NCBI GenBank assembly: GCA_965262915.1
Contig: OZ253564.1
Coordinates: 2,816,001-2,880,000 of the forward strand
Direction of reading: 5' to 3'
Source: Candidatus Spongiisociaceae bacterium
GTDB taxonomy: Bacteria > Actinomycetota > Acidimicrobiia > Spongiisociales > Spongiisociaceae
Length of the DNA stretch: 64,000 bases
Shown: one piece after another, positions 53,477-62,514 of the stretch
Layout of the letters: each line of letters opens with the position of its first letter
Numbering within the stretch: the stretch's first letter is position 1
Notes under the pieces: generated by a model
What the model was told of the DNA's origin: nothing
Database searches by the model: none
The model's input: only the letters and a program-made list of their open reading frames with translations
Position numbers and translations under genes: made by a program

Positions 53477-54529
53477 TTAGCGGCGGCCCTTCTTCTTGTT
53501 CTGGTGCTGCTGCTTGCGGCGTTGCTCCCGGTTCAAAGCCGGCTGCGGACCTAGCGGTTGTTGAGGACCGGGCTGTGGCGGTTGCATGACGACCTGCGTA
53601 ATCTCCAAGTACGCCCGGCCGTGGTGGTTCTCGATGAGCTTGGTCGTCCCCGTGTCGTTGAAGGTGTGCCGAGCGGCGTGATGAACCGACAAGACGAGGT
53701 CTTGTAACGTCTGGTCGTCCTCCATGCGGGTCACCTTCAGCCCCTGTTGCTGAGCGTCTCCGATTGTCACGGGTCTCCCATGTGACTTGAACCGAGAGAA
53801 GTCAGCGAACCACTTCGCAACTGCTTCTGCCTTGGTATGGTCGCCTTCGAGCATGTGCGCTCCGAGTTGCTCGGCGACAAACGACACGGCGTGCTCCTGC
53901 GAATGGTGGCACTGCGCTATGAGGCCAGGGAGAAGCGAACGCAGCAGCGGGAGCCAGGCACCGATATTCCTGGGATCCTGACACTCGGTTTTTGCCTTCT
54001 CGAACTGATCGATGATGGCCTGGCCCGGTGACGACCGGGGACCTTCAGGCGTCATCAGGGTGAACTGCGGATCAATGGGGCCAAGCTGTGAGTGTGCCCC
54101 CATGAGGATCTCGTCGCACGCCAACGCCATCATGGTCGCTGCCGACATTGCCGCAACTGGCACCACTGCTCGGATGTGATCGAACCTCGTCCGCAGGTAC
54201 CCCATGATGGCCTCGGCAGCTTCGGGACTACCGCCGGGGCTCGTGAGGATCAGGTCAAGCTCCCGCTCCGCGATGTTGGACATAGCTTCCATGAACCCTT
54301 GCTGGTCGCCCAGGGTGAGGGAGAGGGCTTCATCGTTCGGAACGGGTTTGTTTTCCAGCCAGCACGTAGCGTAGAGAACCGTGGCGCGGCCCGTGTAGTC
54401 CGATAGCTTCTTCAGGTACTTGCGACGAAGCTGGTCATGGGGCGACGGGGCTCCAGGTCTCGGTGGTCTGGCGGCCGCAGCCTTCTTCAGGTCATAGAGT
54501 TCGCGGAGCTGCTCACCCCATGTCGACAT
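53477..54529 (-). CDS. SDH-family ClpP/crotonase-fold serine protease
   Basis: LDLILTSPGG, AMSAATMMAL, LGPIDPQ and SHGRP motifs. Confidence 0.88.
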   Translation of the reverse strand: MSTWGEQLRELYDLKKAAAARPPRPGAPSPHDQLRRKYLKKLSDYTGRATVLYATCWLENKPVPNDEALSLTLGDQQGFMEAMSNIAERELDLILTSPGGSPEAAEAIMGYLRTRFDHIRAVVPVAAMSAATMMALACDEILMGAHSQLGPIDPQFTLMTPEGPRSSPGQAIIDQFEKAKTECQDPRNIGAWLPLLRSLLPGLIAQCHHSQEHAVSFVAEQLGAHMLEGDHTKAEAVAKWFADFSRFKSHGRPVTIGDAQQQGLKVTRMEDDQTLQDLVLSVHHAARHTFNDTGTTKLIENHHGRAYLEITQVVMQPPQPGPQQPLGPQPALNREQRRKQQHQNKKKGRR

Positions 54530-54701
54530 TCGGTACCCACCCCGACGAGTTCGAGGCAACGAACTGCTGAACAACAGGTGTGGTAGCGGTCACGGCAGCG
54601 AAGTACTGAACCTCCGCGACCGCGTACGCAGCAACGAGATCGGCCACTCCGGCTTCGTGTTCCTGCAACTGCGATTCGAGTTCAGTACCGATGTCGCTCA
54701 T
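54513..54701 (-). CDS. 62-aa acidic protein overlapping the protease start
   Basis: AGGAGG RBS before ATG 54701; 17-bp overlap with the protease gene. Confidence 0.65.
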   Translation of the reverse strand: MSDIGTELESQLQEHEAGVADLVAAYAVAEVQYFAAVTATTPVVQQFVASNSSGWVPNVDMG

Positions 54702-54765
54702 GGTCCTCCTCATTGGTCCACTACAATACCCTATCCCCTACTGAGCTTCGGCGAGGGAACGGCCG

Positions 54766-54786
54766 CAGCGGAGGGCTAGTCCGTTG
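54766..54786 (-). repeat. att-like core G: CAACGGA-CTAGCCC-TCCGCTG
   Basis: Matches the core consensus; the adjacent TGGCCCTCGCCGGGT resembles the proximal arm of sites A, B, C and E. Confidence 0.7.
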
Positions 54787-54850
54787 CTGGCGACCCGGCG
54801 AGGGCCATCGACCGGCGGTAGCCTCTCGATGGCGGACCTGGGAGGGCAGC

Positions 54851-55399
54851 ATGAAGCGGATCGTCACGATTGGTGTAGTCACAGGGGCGCTCATCTTGGG
54901 TGCGGTTGCAGGATGGGCTGTTGCAGGTTTCACTGACGTACCGGAGGACTCCCCTCACGCTCCTGCTATCGAGTGGGCTGTTGACCTGGGAATCATCGGC
55001 GGCAAGACAGCCACCACTTTCGACCCGTCAGGACGGCTGACCCGTGCTCAGATGGTCACGATCCTGCACCGCTACCACAACGCCTTCCCGGAGAAGGTCA
55101 AGGTTATCGACTACACGGAACCCGACCTGGTGTTAAGCGGCAACGGTGGCGACGTCACCTTGCAGGTCGGTACAGACATCCAGCCCGGTGTGTACTCAGT
55201 GGAGTACACCTCTGCCTCTCCGACCACCATCCGTCAGTGCACTATGTATCGGTATTCCGGGTTCCAGTACACAGGCGATCAGGTAATTTGGAGCCGGGAG
55301 TTCCGCCCTTCCGGTCGGACGGTCTTGGAGATCCTGGCTTCCGATGCAGCGGTTCGTTTCCGAGCCTGCGGGGAGCTGCCTTCGGAAACGGAAGGGTAG
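54851..55399 (+). CDS. Secreted SLH-domain protein
   Basis: Signal peptide MKRIV..; FTDVP..H..AIEWAV..GII.G...FDP...LTRAQM; C-terminal VGTDIQPGVY domain. Confidence 0.85.
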   Translation: MKRIVTIGVVTGALILGAVAGWAVAGFTDVPEDSPHAPAIEWAVDLGIIGGKTATTFDPSGRLTRAQMVTILHRYHNAFPEKVKVIDYTEPDLVLSGNGGDVTLQVGTDIQPGVYSVEYTSASPTTIRQCTMYRYSGFQYTGDQVIWSREFRPSGRTVLEILASDAAVRFRACGELPSETEG

Positions 55400-55483
55400 A
55401 CCGCTGCCAACAGCGGCGAACAGCCAGGTAACAGGGTGTGTCCGGCAGCGGTGGCATGGTCACGTCCCACTTTTAGTCCCACG
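55386..55483 (-). repeat. att-like site E: GTGGGAC arm plus core CAGCGGT-CTACCCT-TCCGTTT
   Basis: Minus strand CGTGGGACTAAAAGTGGGACGTGACCAT...CCCTGTTACCTGGCTGTTCGCCG, homologous to sites A and B. Confidence 0.8.
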
Positions 55484-55527
55484 CTCTGTGCAAGTGGACC
55501 CGGCTTCTTTCAGCTAGCCGAAACGAA

Positions 55528-55545
55528 AGTTAGCTTGAGCTAACT
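55528..55545. promoter_or_regulatory. Palindromic operator candidate
   Basis: AGTTAGCT-TG-AGCTAACT, 11 bp upstream of a small HTH gene. Confidence 0.5.
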
Positions 55546-55556
55546 AGGATTGGGCT

Positions 55557-55856
55557 GTGCCCACCGGACCTGTCCTCGAGGAGCTGCGGACCCTCACCAC
55601 CGAGCTGCGCCGCGTTCGCCGCCGACGCTATGCGGCGATCTCAGACGCTCTTGCCGCAGGTCACACCCAGCGGGCCGTGGCCGCCTCCGCCGGCATGAGC
55701 CCGGCCGTCCTGTCCAGGATGATCCGCCAGGACACCGCCCGCCCCCAGGGAGGGCGGCTGCTGCCAGGACTCCGAACCGGGAAGGTCGACGGCCAGCCGC
55801 TGCGCTGGTTCGTAGCGTCCCTCCCCTTCCACGAGTCGGGGGGATCGAGGTCCTGA
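55557..55856 (+). CDS. Small HTH protein
   Basis: GHTQRAVAASAGMSPAVLSRMI helix-turn-helix. Confidence 0.65.
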   Translation: MPTGPVLEELRTLTTELRRVRRRRYAAISDALAAGHTQRAVAASAGMSPAVLSRMIRQDTARPQGGRLLPGLRTGKVDGQPLRWFVASLPFHESGGSRS

Positions 55857-55974
55857 CCGTTTCCGGGCCGGAGAGCTCTATCGGGGGGTTGAGGGGTAGG
55901 GCAGGCGCCAAGTACACATCACCGCTTGGCGTTTTCTGTCCGGTCTGCGATGATAGGAGCGGCCGGTGACCTAT

Positions 55975-56060
55975 CCTCGGAACCGCAGTAGCTTCGAGGA
56001 CTTCGCTGGAAGTACGCCCCGGAATCGGCTGCGGATCGTAGTCCCGGGGCCTCTGCGCGT
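55975..56060 (-). ncRNA. Candidate structured RNA directly 3' of a DUF3800-like gene
   Basis: ACGCGCAGAG-GCCCCGG...CCGGGGC-GTACTTCC, plus a second hairpin CCTCG..CGAGG. Confidence 0.45.
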
Positions 56061-56705
56061 TTAGGGCTTCTTGTCGAAGACGGTGCGTATCGTCTGTACA
56101 CGGTGGCCGATCCTGGCGTGGGTTTCTCGGTTGACATCACAGAGCCAGTCGGAGCGTGCCCCGGCGAGTAGGTCCGCTATGTGCAGGATGGTCTCGGTTT
56201 TGTCGTCGTGGCTGATCCGGAAACTTTCTGGGACGGTTCCTTGCTGCTGAAGCCGGTGCAGCACGTCATGATCCTTGTCGTCAAGAGGGAGGAACCGTCT
56301 GTTGGTACCTGCTCGTGTCTCGAGTACCGCCTCCACAACGCCTTGGGAACTTAGGTGGGTCAAGGCTTGTTCGATTACTTTGGCCCGCACATGGTGTTCG
56401 CTGTAGCCCGCGTCGGGTAATGGTCGGGCCGTTTCGTACAGGTAGCCGTCCCACCCGTCGATCCCGTCGATCGCCCCAAGTGCCTCTACCCGGCGAGCCG
56501 TGCTCAGCTCCCGATAGTGCAGCGGGTAGCCAAGCCCGGCCTTGACCCGCCTGAGTTGGCTGCGAATGTTGGAGATGTCTCCACCGATGACAACCGCCGC
56601 GGCGACAACGTAATGTTTGCGTCCGTGGTCGCCCACGCGCCCGGTCTTGGGGTTTCGGATCGGCTTGTGGGACTCGTCGAGGAACGCAACCAGCTCAGTC
56701 GTCAT
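56061..56705 (-). CDS. DUF3800-like protein
   Basis: AFLDES at the N-terminus, YVVAAAVV, LHYRE and LHIADLLAG. Confidence 0.7.
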   Translation of the reverse strand: MTTELVAFLDESHKPIRNPKTGRVGDHGRKHYVVAAAVVIGGDISNIRSQLRRVKAGLGYPLHYRELSTARRVEALGAIDGIDGWDGYLYETARPLPDAGYSEHHVRAKVIEQALTHLSSQGVVEAVLETRAGTNRRFLPLDDKDHDVLHRLQQQGTVPESFRISHDDKTETILHIADLLAGARSDWLCDVNRETHARIGHRVQTIRTVFDKKP

Positions 56706-56805
56706 CGCTGCCCCAGTCCGAGTGGAAACCGCCTTGGAGGGTGTAGGTGGAGTCGTAGGTGAACCCAGCGGGCGCTAAGGGAGCCGGCTTGTTGCTGCCG
56801 GACCT

Positions 56806-59800
56806 TCATGGGCTAGGCCACCTCTCTTCGTGTTGCTCCTGGGTCCATCGGATGGACGCTTGGGCTGATTTGACAAGGCTTGTGTAGAAGCGATGCGCTG
56901 GACTGCCGACCGTCAGCGTGGCGGCCACGCTAAGTGAGCGGTCCCGTTGCTTGATGTCGGCTGGGAAGGGCTTGCCGGCTTCGCCGCTCCGTACGCCTGA
57001 TGCGACAGTTGCATGTAGCGCGGCGGACACGGTGTTGTAGCAGTCGTCACCGAGGATATAGGCTCTCTCGAGTAGATCGTTGACCCAGTCCACGAGTTCC
57101 CACATGTAGTCGTCTCCTAGGTCACGCAGGAGGTGGGCGGCGACTTGGAGCCTTCGAGGGTCGCTGGTTCCGGCCCAGTTGTCTAACAGGTCAAGTACCT
57201 GCCCGTCGACAGTTCCTATAGCCAGGGCGAATAGGTCAGGGGCCCAGAAGGACCGGTGCCAGTCGTCGAGGGCTTCCAGGGTCCAGTCGCAGATTCGGTG
57301 TATGACATCTCTGATGTTCCCTGACTCGCGGAAGCGCAGTGGCGGATGGTCCCGGAAGTAATGTGGTAGCGGGTCGTATGTGTGTGTGTTTTGGTCGTGG
57401 TCTACCCTGGCTGTGTAGAGGTCGAGCACTTCGCGGGGTTTGAGAGCGGATACCTCGGCGAGGAATTCGCTGATGGTGTAGTCGTCGAGGTTCTCGCATG
57501 CAACTAGGCCGTCGAGGATCCGAGGGATGAACGATGGCGGTGTCTCTTCGATGTTGAAGTCCCCGCGCCTTCCGAAGTGGTCAACCACCGCTTCCGCGAC
57601 CGATAGGTCACCATCGATCGGGATTCCTGCTATCAACCCAAGGCGGGTGGCTTGGTCAATACTGGATGCGAATCGGAGGCCTCGGGCGATGGCCACACGT
57701 ACGTTCGCGTCGTGGTGCACCGAAAGCTCCGTGATTGTTGCTAGCTCCTCGGCCGTCGGCTCAGCGGACCTGGCATGTCGCGTTAGCGCGTCGGCGACTT
57801 GCGCGGCGAGTTCGGAGATTCCCGTGTCGATTAGTCGTCGGGATATCTCGCGGGCATGGTAGGGCCGATGGGTGCGGAGGTCCGATAGGGCGATCCGGGT
57901 GTACGGTCGCATGGGACTCGATGGTGTGGTCACTCTGGCCAGAATCTCTTCGGCCACCTCTCCCCACTCGTCACATAGGACCGACAAGAAGGGTTCTGTC
58001 GATGACGGGGGACGGCTCCCCGCCAACATGAGAGCACCGATACGCTCTTCGATCATGTCCACCGCAGCAGCCGGAACGGCCGCTTCACGTTTCAGGTCGC
58101 CTGCGACCTGACGCTGGATTGATCGCCACCGTGCTACGACTTCTCCGTAGTCGAGACCCAATTGGTCCAGACCTGGATGCTCATCGGCCCACCCGTAGGC
58201 GAGAACCCGGGTCAGCCGTCCCAAGAGTCCCCCCGCGTCTAGGAGAGCGAGAACCGAGTGCGCGGCGTCTCTTGTTTCCTCACCGTATGTTGCGTGCCAA
58301 CCAACCGCGTGGCGTATCTCCTCTCCGACGATCGGGTCCACGGTGTTATCACGCAGGAAGTCGCGAAGCCGGTTCAATTCTCCACAGAATTCCGCGGTCC
58401 AGGAAGATAGTTCGTCGCTGGTGGGTTCTCTTGTGAGGTGCCTGGTCGGGGTGCGCAGTGCTGCGTGAAGGAACCGGGCCGCTCGGACACCGACTCGCAG
58501 ATGTGGATGGTTGAGTAGTGAGATAGCCGTGTCTATTGACCGATCCCGTAGAGGACGCACAGCGTCTGGGTTGATTACGAACGGAGTGATTCGCAATGTC
58601 CCGCCCCGCGCTTCGGTGTCCCGGCTGTCGGTAGCTACAAGAGGTTCGAGAACATCGAGGGGAGAGTACCGGTAGCTACCGAGCCTGGGGTCGCGGGTCC
58701 ATGCGACCGCCCGGTCGGCGATCACCATTAGGAACTCTGTTGGCTTGTCGGACCTGATTGAAGCTATGTCTTGGAGGATCCGGATGGCGTGGTCGGGTTC
58801 TGCGGGTAGTCTGCCTTCTTCGTCTCGTCCTAGAGCCCACAGGAGGTCACAGACTTCACCGACATAGCCGAAGCTGTAAGCCGCATTTCGGAGGAACTTC
58901 GCTATTCCGATCAGCCTGTATCGATGATCCGCTCCTGACCCTGCCGGGAGGTAGGGGTCTTTCGGGTCGGGGGGGTTCTTGAGCAATGCCTTGACAAGGT
59001 TGAGGGCTCGCCGTGGCTGATAATAGGACACCTCGGTCAGGCTCAACAATGTCGCTTCCCGCTGCAGCATGCCGGATGTAGCAAGGTCGCGGGTGAGTGA
59101 CTCCCAGATGCGGTCGAGGACAGTCGAGTCTCCTTGCCGTTCTCGGGATACGCGCCAGTCCAGCCTCGCCACGCTCATAATCACGTTCTGGGCCAAGGCA
59201 CCTTCGGCCTTAGCGAACACAGCCTCCGCGAAGCGGGTAGACGAACCTGTCGCTGGGTTGACACACGAGTCCGCTACCAAGAAATCGCCTAGGAGGTCGG
59301 GAACGACTCTTAGCTGGCGTCCTCGACGGGTAAGCATGCCTGCGTCCTCCAAGACACGTAAACCGCGCAGTACCCGGTCTGTGCGTTGACCCAGCAAGCC
59401 CTCGGCCAGGTCTTGGAACGCCTCATCATCGGCGATGACCGGCTGGCACAGTGCGACGAGTTCCAGCAACTCTCGCAGTGCGGATCGTTCTGCGGGATCA
59501 CCGAGTTCGCCGATGATCGCGTCCCTGAACCTGCTGATCAGCAAGGAGCGGGCAACCACGTCGCTTCCGAGGTCTCGCGGATCTAGCCGCTTGGTAGCGA
59601 CGAGCTTCGCTGCAATCACGGTAAAGAGCGGGCAATCACCAGTCGCTCTGGCAACAATCGGCGCCGCTTCGCGCGGACCGCCATACACGCTCAGGACTTC
59701 CGACGCGAGCGCCTCAGTGTCGTCGATCTCCAAGTCCTCAACATCGATCACGGACTGGCCTTCGGGTGTGAGCAGCCCACTGGCCAAGAGATCACCCACG

Positions 59801-60915
59801 AGCCTGTCTCGGCCGTAGGGACGAGTAGTGAAGATCAGTTTCCATTCTTGAGACGGGTGACGACTCAGAGCAGCCAACAGAGAAACGACATCACCTCGGT
59901 TGTGAGCATCATCGACGACCACTACGAAACCTTCGGTCGGGAGAAACTCCATGTCCTTGAGCCGGAACTCCGTGTCCGGTGCCAACAAAAGCACCTCCAT
60001 GTCCCGGTCGACGCGGTCGACCAACGCCCGCAGCAACCTTGTCTTCCCAATACCACCCCGGCCGCTGAGAACAAGCACCTTCTGGTCAGAAGCCATGAAC
60101 CGATCTGCAGCAGCCAGTTCCCCGGACCTTCCCACCAGGTTCCACCCATGGCTGATCGCAGCGCTGGGCCGCATTGAAGGTCGGAAGAACTCATCGGCGG
60201 TCAGCCACACACCCGGCCTGGTGATACCCAAGAAGTCCTTCGACCAGCCAGGAAAGTAGGTCTCCACCAATCGTTCGGCATGGTTAGGCGACAAGTCAAG
60301 CCGTACCACCGTCGAAACATCCTCAACATCCTCAACACTCCACTTGGGATGCGCGAGAGCCTCTCTTCTCAACTCGGCGCTGGCCGGGCGTGACAGCAAC
60401 AGGACATACCGGTCCGCGTCAAACCCGATCGCGTCGGCTGCGGCTCTCAGCTTCTCGGGACCGAACTGCTTCACTCTCTTGCACTGATACCCCACCACTG
60501 TGCCATCAGCCAACTCGGCAACAACGTCAACCCCACCCTGAGCCTCGCCCGGTCCGCCATACCGGCACACCTCAGCCCCCCGATGACGCATCCCGATGAA
60601 GTCCCGGCAGAACCGCTCAAAATCCTCCGAAGTCAGGCTGGCAACAGGCAACCGCGCGACCAGCGGCCGAACGGGACGGACTTGCCTGGACTCCGCTACC
60701 CGCCCGCCACCAATCCGTCTCAAGAACCCGTCACGATCCGCACCCCCCAACAGGTCAGCCAACTTGGCAAGGTTCGGGCGCCTCGGATGCGAAGCGCCCG
60801 ACTCCCACCGGCTCACCGTCTGCTGACTCACGCCCATACGATTCGCCACATCAGCCTGCGTGAGGCCAGACCCCTCGCGAGCCTCAAGCAACAGCCATCC
60901 AAACTCGTACACCAT
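56806..60915 (-). CDS. XRE-HTH + Mrr-like nuclease + STAND NTPase + helical repeat protein (Avs-like)
   Basis: LTQADVANRMGVSQQTVSRWESG; FERFC..QGGVD..YQCKR; GRGGIGKT; VVVDDAH; GDCPLF. Confidence 0.85.
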   Translation of the reverse strand: MVYEFGWLLLEAREGSGLTQADVANRMGVSQQTVSRWESGASHPRRPNLAKLADLLGGADRDGFLRRIGGGRVAESRQVRPVRPLVARLPVASLTSEDFERFCRDFIGMRHRGAEVCRYGGPGEAQGGVDVVAELADGTVVGYQCKRVKQFGPEKLRAAADAIGFDADRYVLLLSRPASAELRREALAHPKWSVEDVEDVSTVVRLDLSPNHAERLVETYFPGWSKDFLGITRPGVWLTADEFFRPSMRPSAAISHGWNLVGRSGELAAADRFMASDQKVLVLSGRGGIGKTRLLRALVDRVDRDMEVLLLAPDTEFRLKDMEFLPTEGFVVVVDDAHNRGDVVSLLAALSRHPSQEWKLIFTTRPYGRDRLVGDLLASGLLTPEGQSVIDVEDLEIDDTEALASEVLSVYGGPREAAPIVARATGDCPLFTVIAAKLVATKRLDPRDLGSDVVARSLLISRFRDAIIGELGDPAERSALRELLELVALCQPVIADDEAFQDLAEGLLGQRTDRVLRGLRVLEDAGMLTRRGRQLRVVPDLLGDFLVADSCVNPATGSSTRFAEAVFAKAEGALAQNVIMSVARLDWRVSRERQGDSTVLDRIWESLTRDLATSGMLQREATLLSLTEVSYYQPRRALNLVKALLKNPPDPKDPYLPAGSGADHRYRLIGIAKFLRNAAYSFGYVGEVCDLLWALGRDEEGRLPAEPDHAIRILQDIASIRSDKPTEFLMVIADRAVAWTRDPRLGSYRYSPLDVLEPLVATDSRDTEARGGTLRITPFVINPDAVRPLRDRSIDTAISLLNHPHLRVGVRAARFLHAALRTPTRHLTREPTSDELSSWTAEFCGELNRLRDFLRDNTVDPIVGEEIRHAVGWHATYGEETRDAAHSVLALLDAGGLLGRLTRVLAYGWADEHPGLDQLGLDYGEVVARWRSIQRQVAGDLKREAAVPAAAVDMIEERIGALMLAGSRPPSSTEPFLSVLCDEWGEVAEEILARVTTPSSPMRPYTRIALSDLRTHRPYHAREISRRLIDTGISELAAQVADALTRHARSAEPTAEELATITELSVHHDANVRVAIARGLRFASSIDQATRLGLIAGIPIDGDLSVAEAVVDHFGRRGDFNIEETPPSFIPRILDGLVACENLDDYTISEFLAEVSALKPREVLDLYTARVDHDQNTHTYDPLPHYFRDHPPLRFRESGNIRDVIHRICDWTLEALDDWHRSFWAPDLFALAIGTVDGQVLDLLDNWAGTSDPRRLQVAAHLLRDLGDDYMWELVDWVNDLLERAYILGDDCYNTVSAALHATVASGVRSGEAGKPFPADIKQRDRSLSVAATLTVGSPAHRFYTSLVKSAQASIRWTQEQHEERWPSP

Positions 60916-61094
60916 AAACGAGTATGATACTATAGACTGGGTTCTTCAGTGGTAAGCGTATACACCTCCCCAGAGACTCTGAGCTAGGACGGGATGAGAC
61001 CTTCCGAAACGGGTAAAAGGAAAAGCGTAAAACAATGTGCAACACCGTGCAGAGTTGCAATAATAACTGAACACAAGTTTGAGAGAACAGTCGG

Positions 61095-61850
61095 ATGCTG
61101 ATCTGCTACGTCGACGAATCGGGCAATACGGGTAGCCGACTTGATGACCCACATCAGCCATTTCACCTGATCGCTGCAGTGATGGTACGTGAAGATCGGG
61201 TTCGTGACATGGCCGATCGCCTTGATGAACTAGCGAGGCGAGCACCAACGCGAAAACCCTTGATCGAGTATCACGCTTCTGAACTCTTCCACGGTTCCGG
61301 ACCATGGGAGGGGGTCTATCCACGTCAACGGATTGGCGAGTACGCCAAGGCGCTAGCGGTCCTGGGTCAGGTGGATGCAGACGTGGCTTACGCCTCGATC
61401 AACAAGCCAATGTTGGCTAAGAAAGGCTACCCAAAGCCGAATCCGCACACGTTTGCCCTCCAGTTCCTTGCCGAGAAAATCGAAAAGTTCCTCAGACCCC
61501 AGACGGATATATTGAGCCAACGGGTACTACTGGTGGCAGATGAGAACCACGAACAGGAACAATACGCGCTTGATCTGGTCCATGCGATGCAGGCTGCCGG
61601 TGGCCCGATCGGAGCTGGTCTCGGACTCAACATCACGTTGGATCACTTCGTCGATGCCGTCTACTTCGATCGCTCCGACCGGAACCGAGGAATCCAACTG
61701 GCCGATCTGGTCGCATACATCCTCAATCGGCGAGAAAGAACGAGTCGTCATCCCAGCAATCCGCCATCAGACGCGGCCGTACGTCAACTGGTGAGCGAAC
61801 ACGTCGACACGCAACTCCGAACCTGGAGGCAACCATGGCCGCCCAAGTAG
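61095..61850 (+). CDS. DUF3800 domain protein
   Basis: CYVDESGN, EYHASE, LVADE and GIQLADLVAY motifs. Confidence 0.88.
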   Translation: MLICYVDESGNTGSRLDDPHQPFHLIAAVMVREDRVRDMADRLDELARRAPTRKPLIEYHASELFHGSGPWEGVYPRQRIGEYAKALAVLGQVDADVAYASINKPMLAKKGYPKPNPHTFALQFLAEKIEKFLRPQTDILSQRVLLVADENHEQEQYALDLVHAMQAAGGPIGAGLGLNITLDHFVDAVYFDRSDRNRGIQLADLVAYILNRRERTSRHPSNPPSDAAVRQLVSEHVDTQLRTWRQPWPPK

Positions 61851-61861
61851 ATCGGATGTCA

Positions 61862-61889
61862 ACCGGGACCCCACGGCGGGGGTCCCGGT
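61862..61889 (+). terminator. GC-rich hairpin downstream of the DUF3800 gene
   Basis: ACCGGGACCCC-ACGGCG-GGGGTCCCGGT; no U tract. Confidence 0.5.
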
Positions 61890-62415
61890 GATGGTTGGAC
61901 CGATGCGCCTCGGTGTACCCAAAACGACGTTCAGCCTAGACCCATTGTAAGAAGACGCTGTGACAACTGTCTACAGCCCTCCCAGGTGTTCTCCCCTAGG
62001 GCCCCACTTCAGGCCGAGAGTATCCGACTCGAACCGACACGACCCTGATCCCGACCGTTGACATGCTGCGCGCGGTTTGCGGAGACTCGAACCGAGATTG
62101 ATAGACCAGGTCGCCGCTCTGCAGCGGTCGAAGCAGCCAGCCGTACTCGCCGCCCAAGAAATCCGGGACGTGTTACAGCGCACTACCGCCTCCACGGCGA
62201 CAGAGCCAGCCGCCTTCGAAACCGGCACGGGATTCTACGGACACTGGGTCACCGACCGTGGGTGGACCGAGTGGGAACAAGCCCTCTTCGCCGCAGCTGG
62301 GCGGGGTCTCACCAGAGGCCTGTTCACGGAGCGGATCGTCTCTGATCCACCCCCGGGTCTGTACCCAGCTAGGCCTCGCCCCCATTCCAAGGATTACACC
62401 CCACCCAACCCACAA

Positions 62416-62451
62416 TTCCGGCGCAGGGCCACATTTCCGGCGCAGGGCCAC
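62416..62451. repeat. 17-bp direct repeat x2 (period 19)
   Basis: TTCCGGCGCAGGGCCAC at 62416 and 62435. Confidence 0.8.
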
Positions 62452-62514
62452 CAAATTCTGCAAGCATCTGGCCGGGTCGCAGCTGGCTCAGCGGTGAAAC
62501 TGAAGGGTCCGGTG

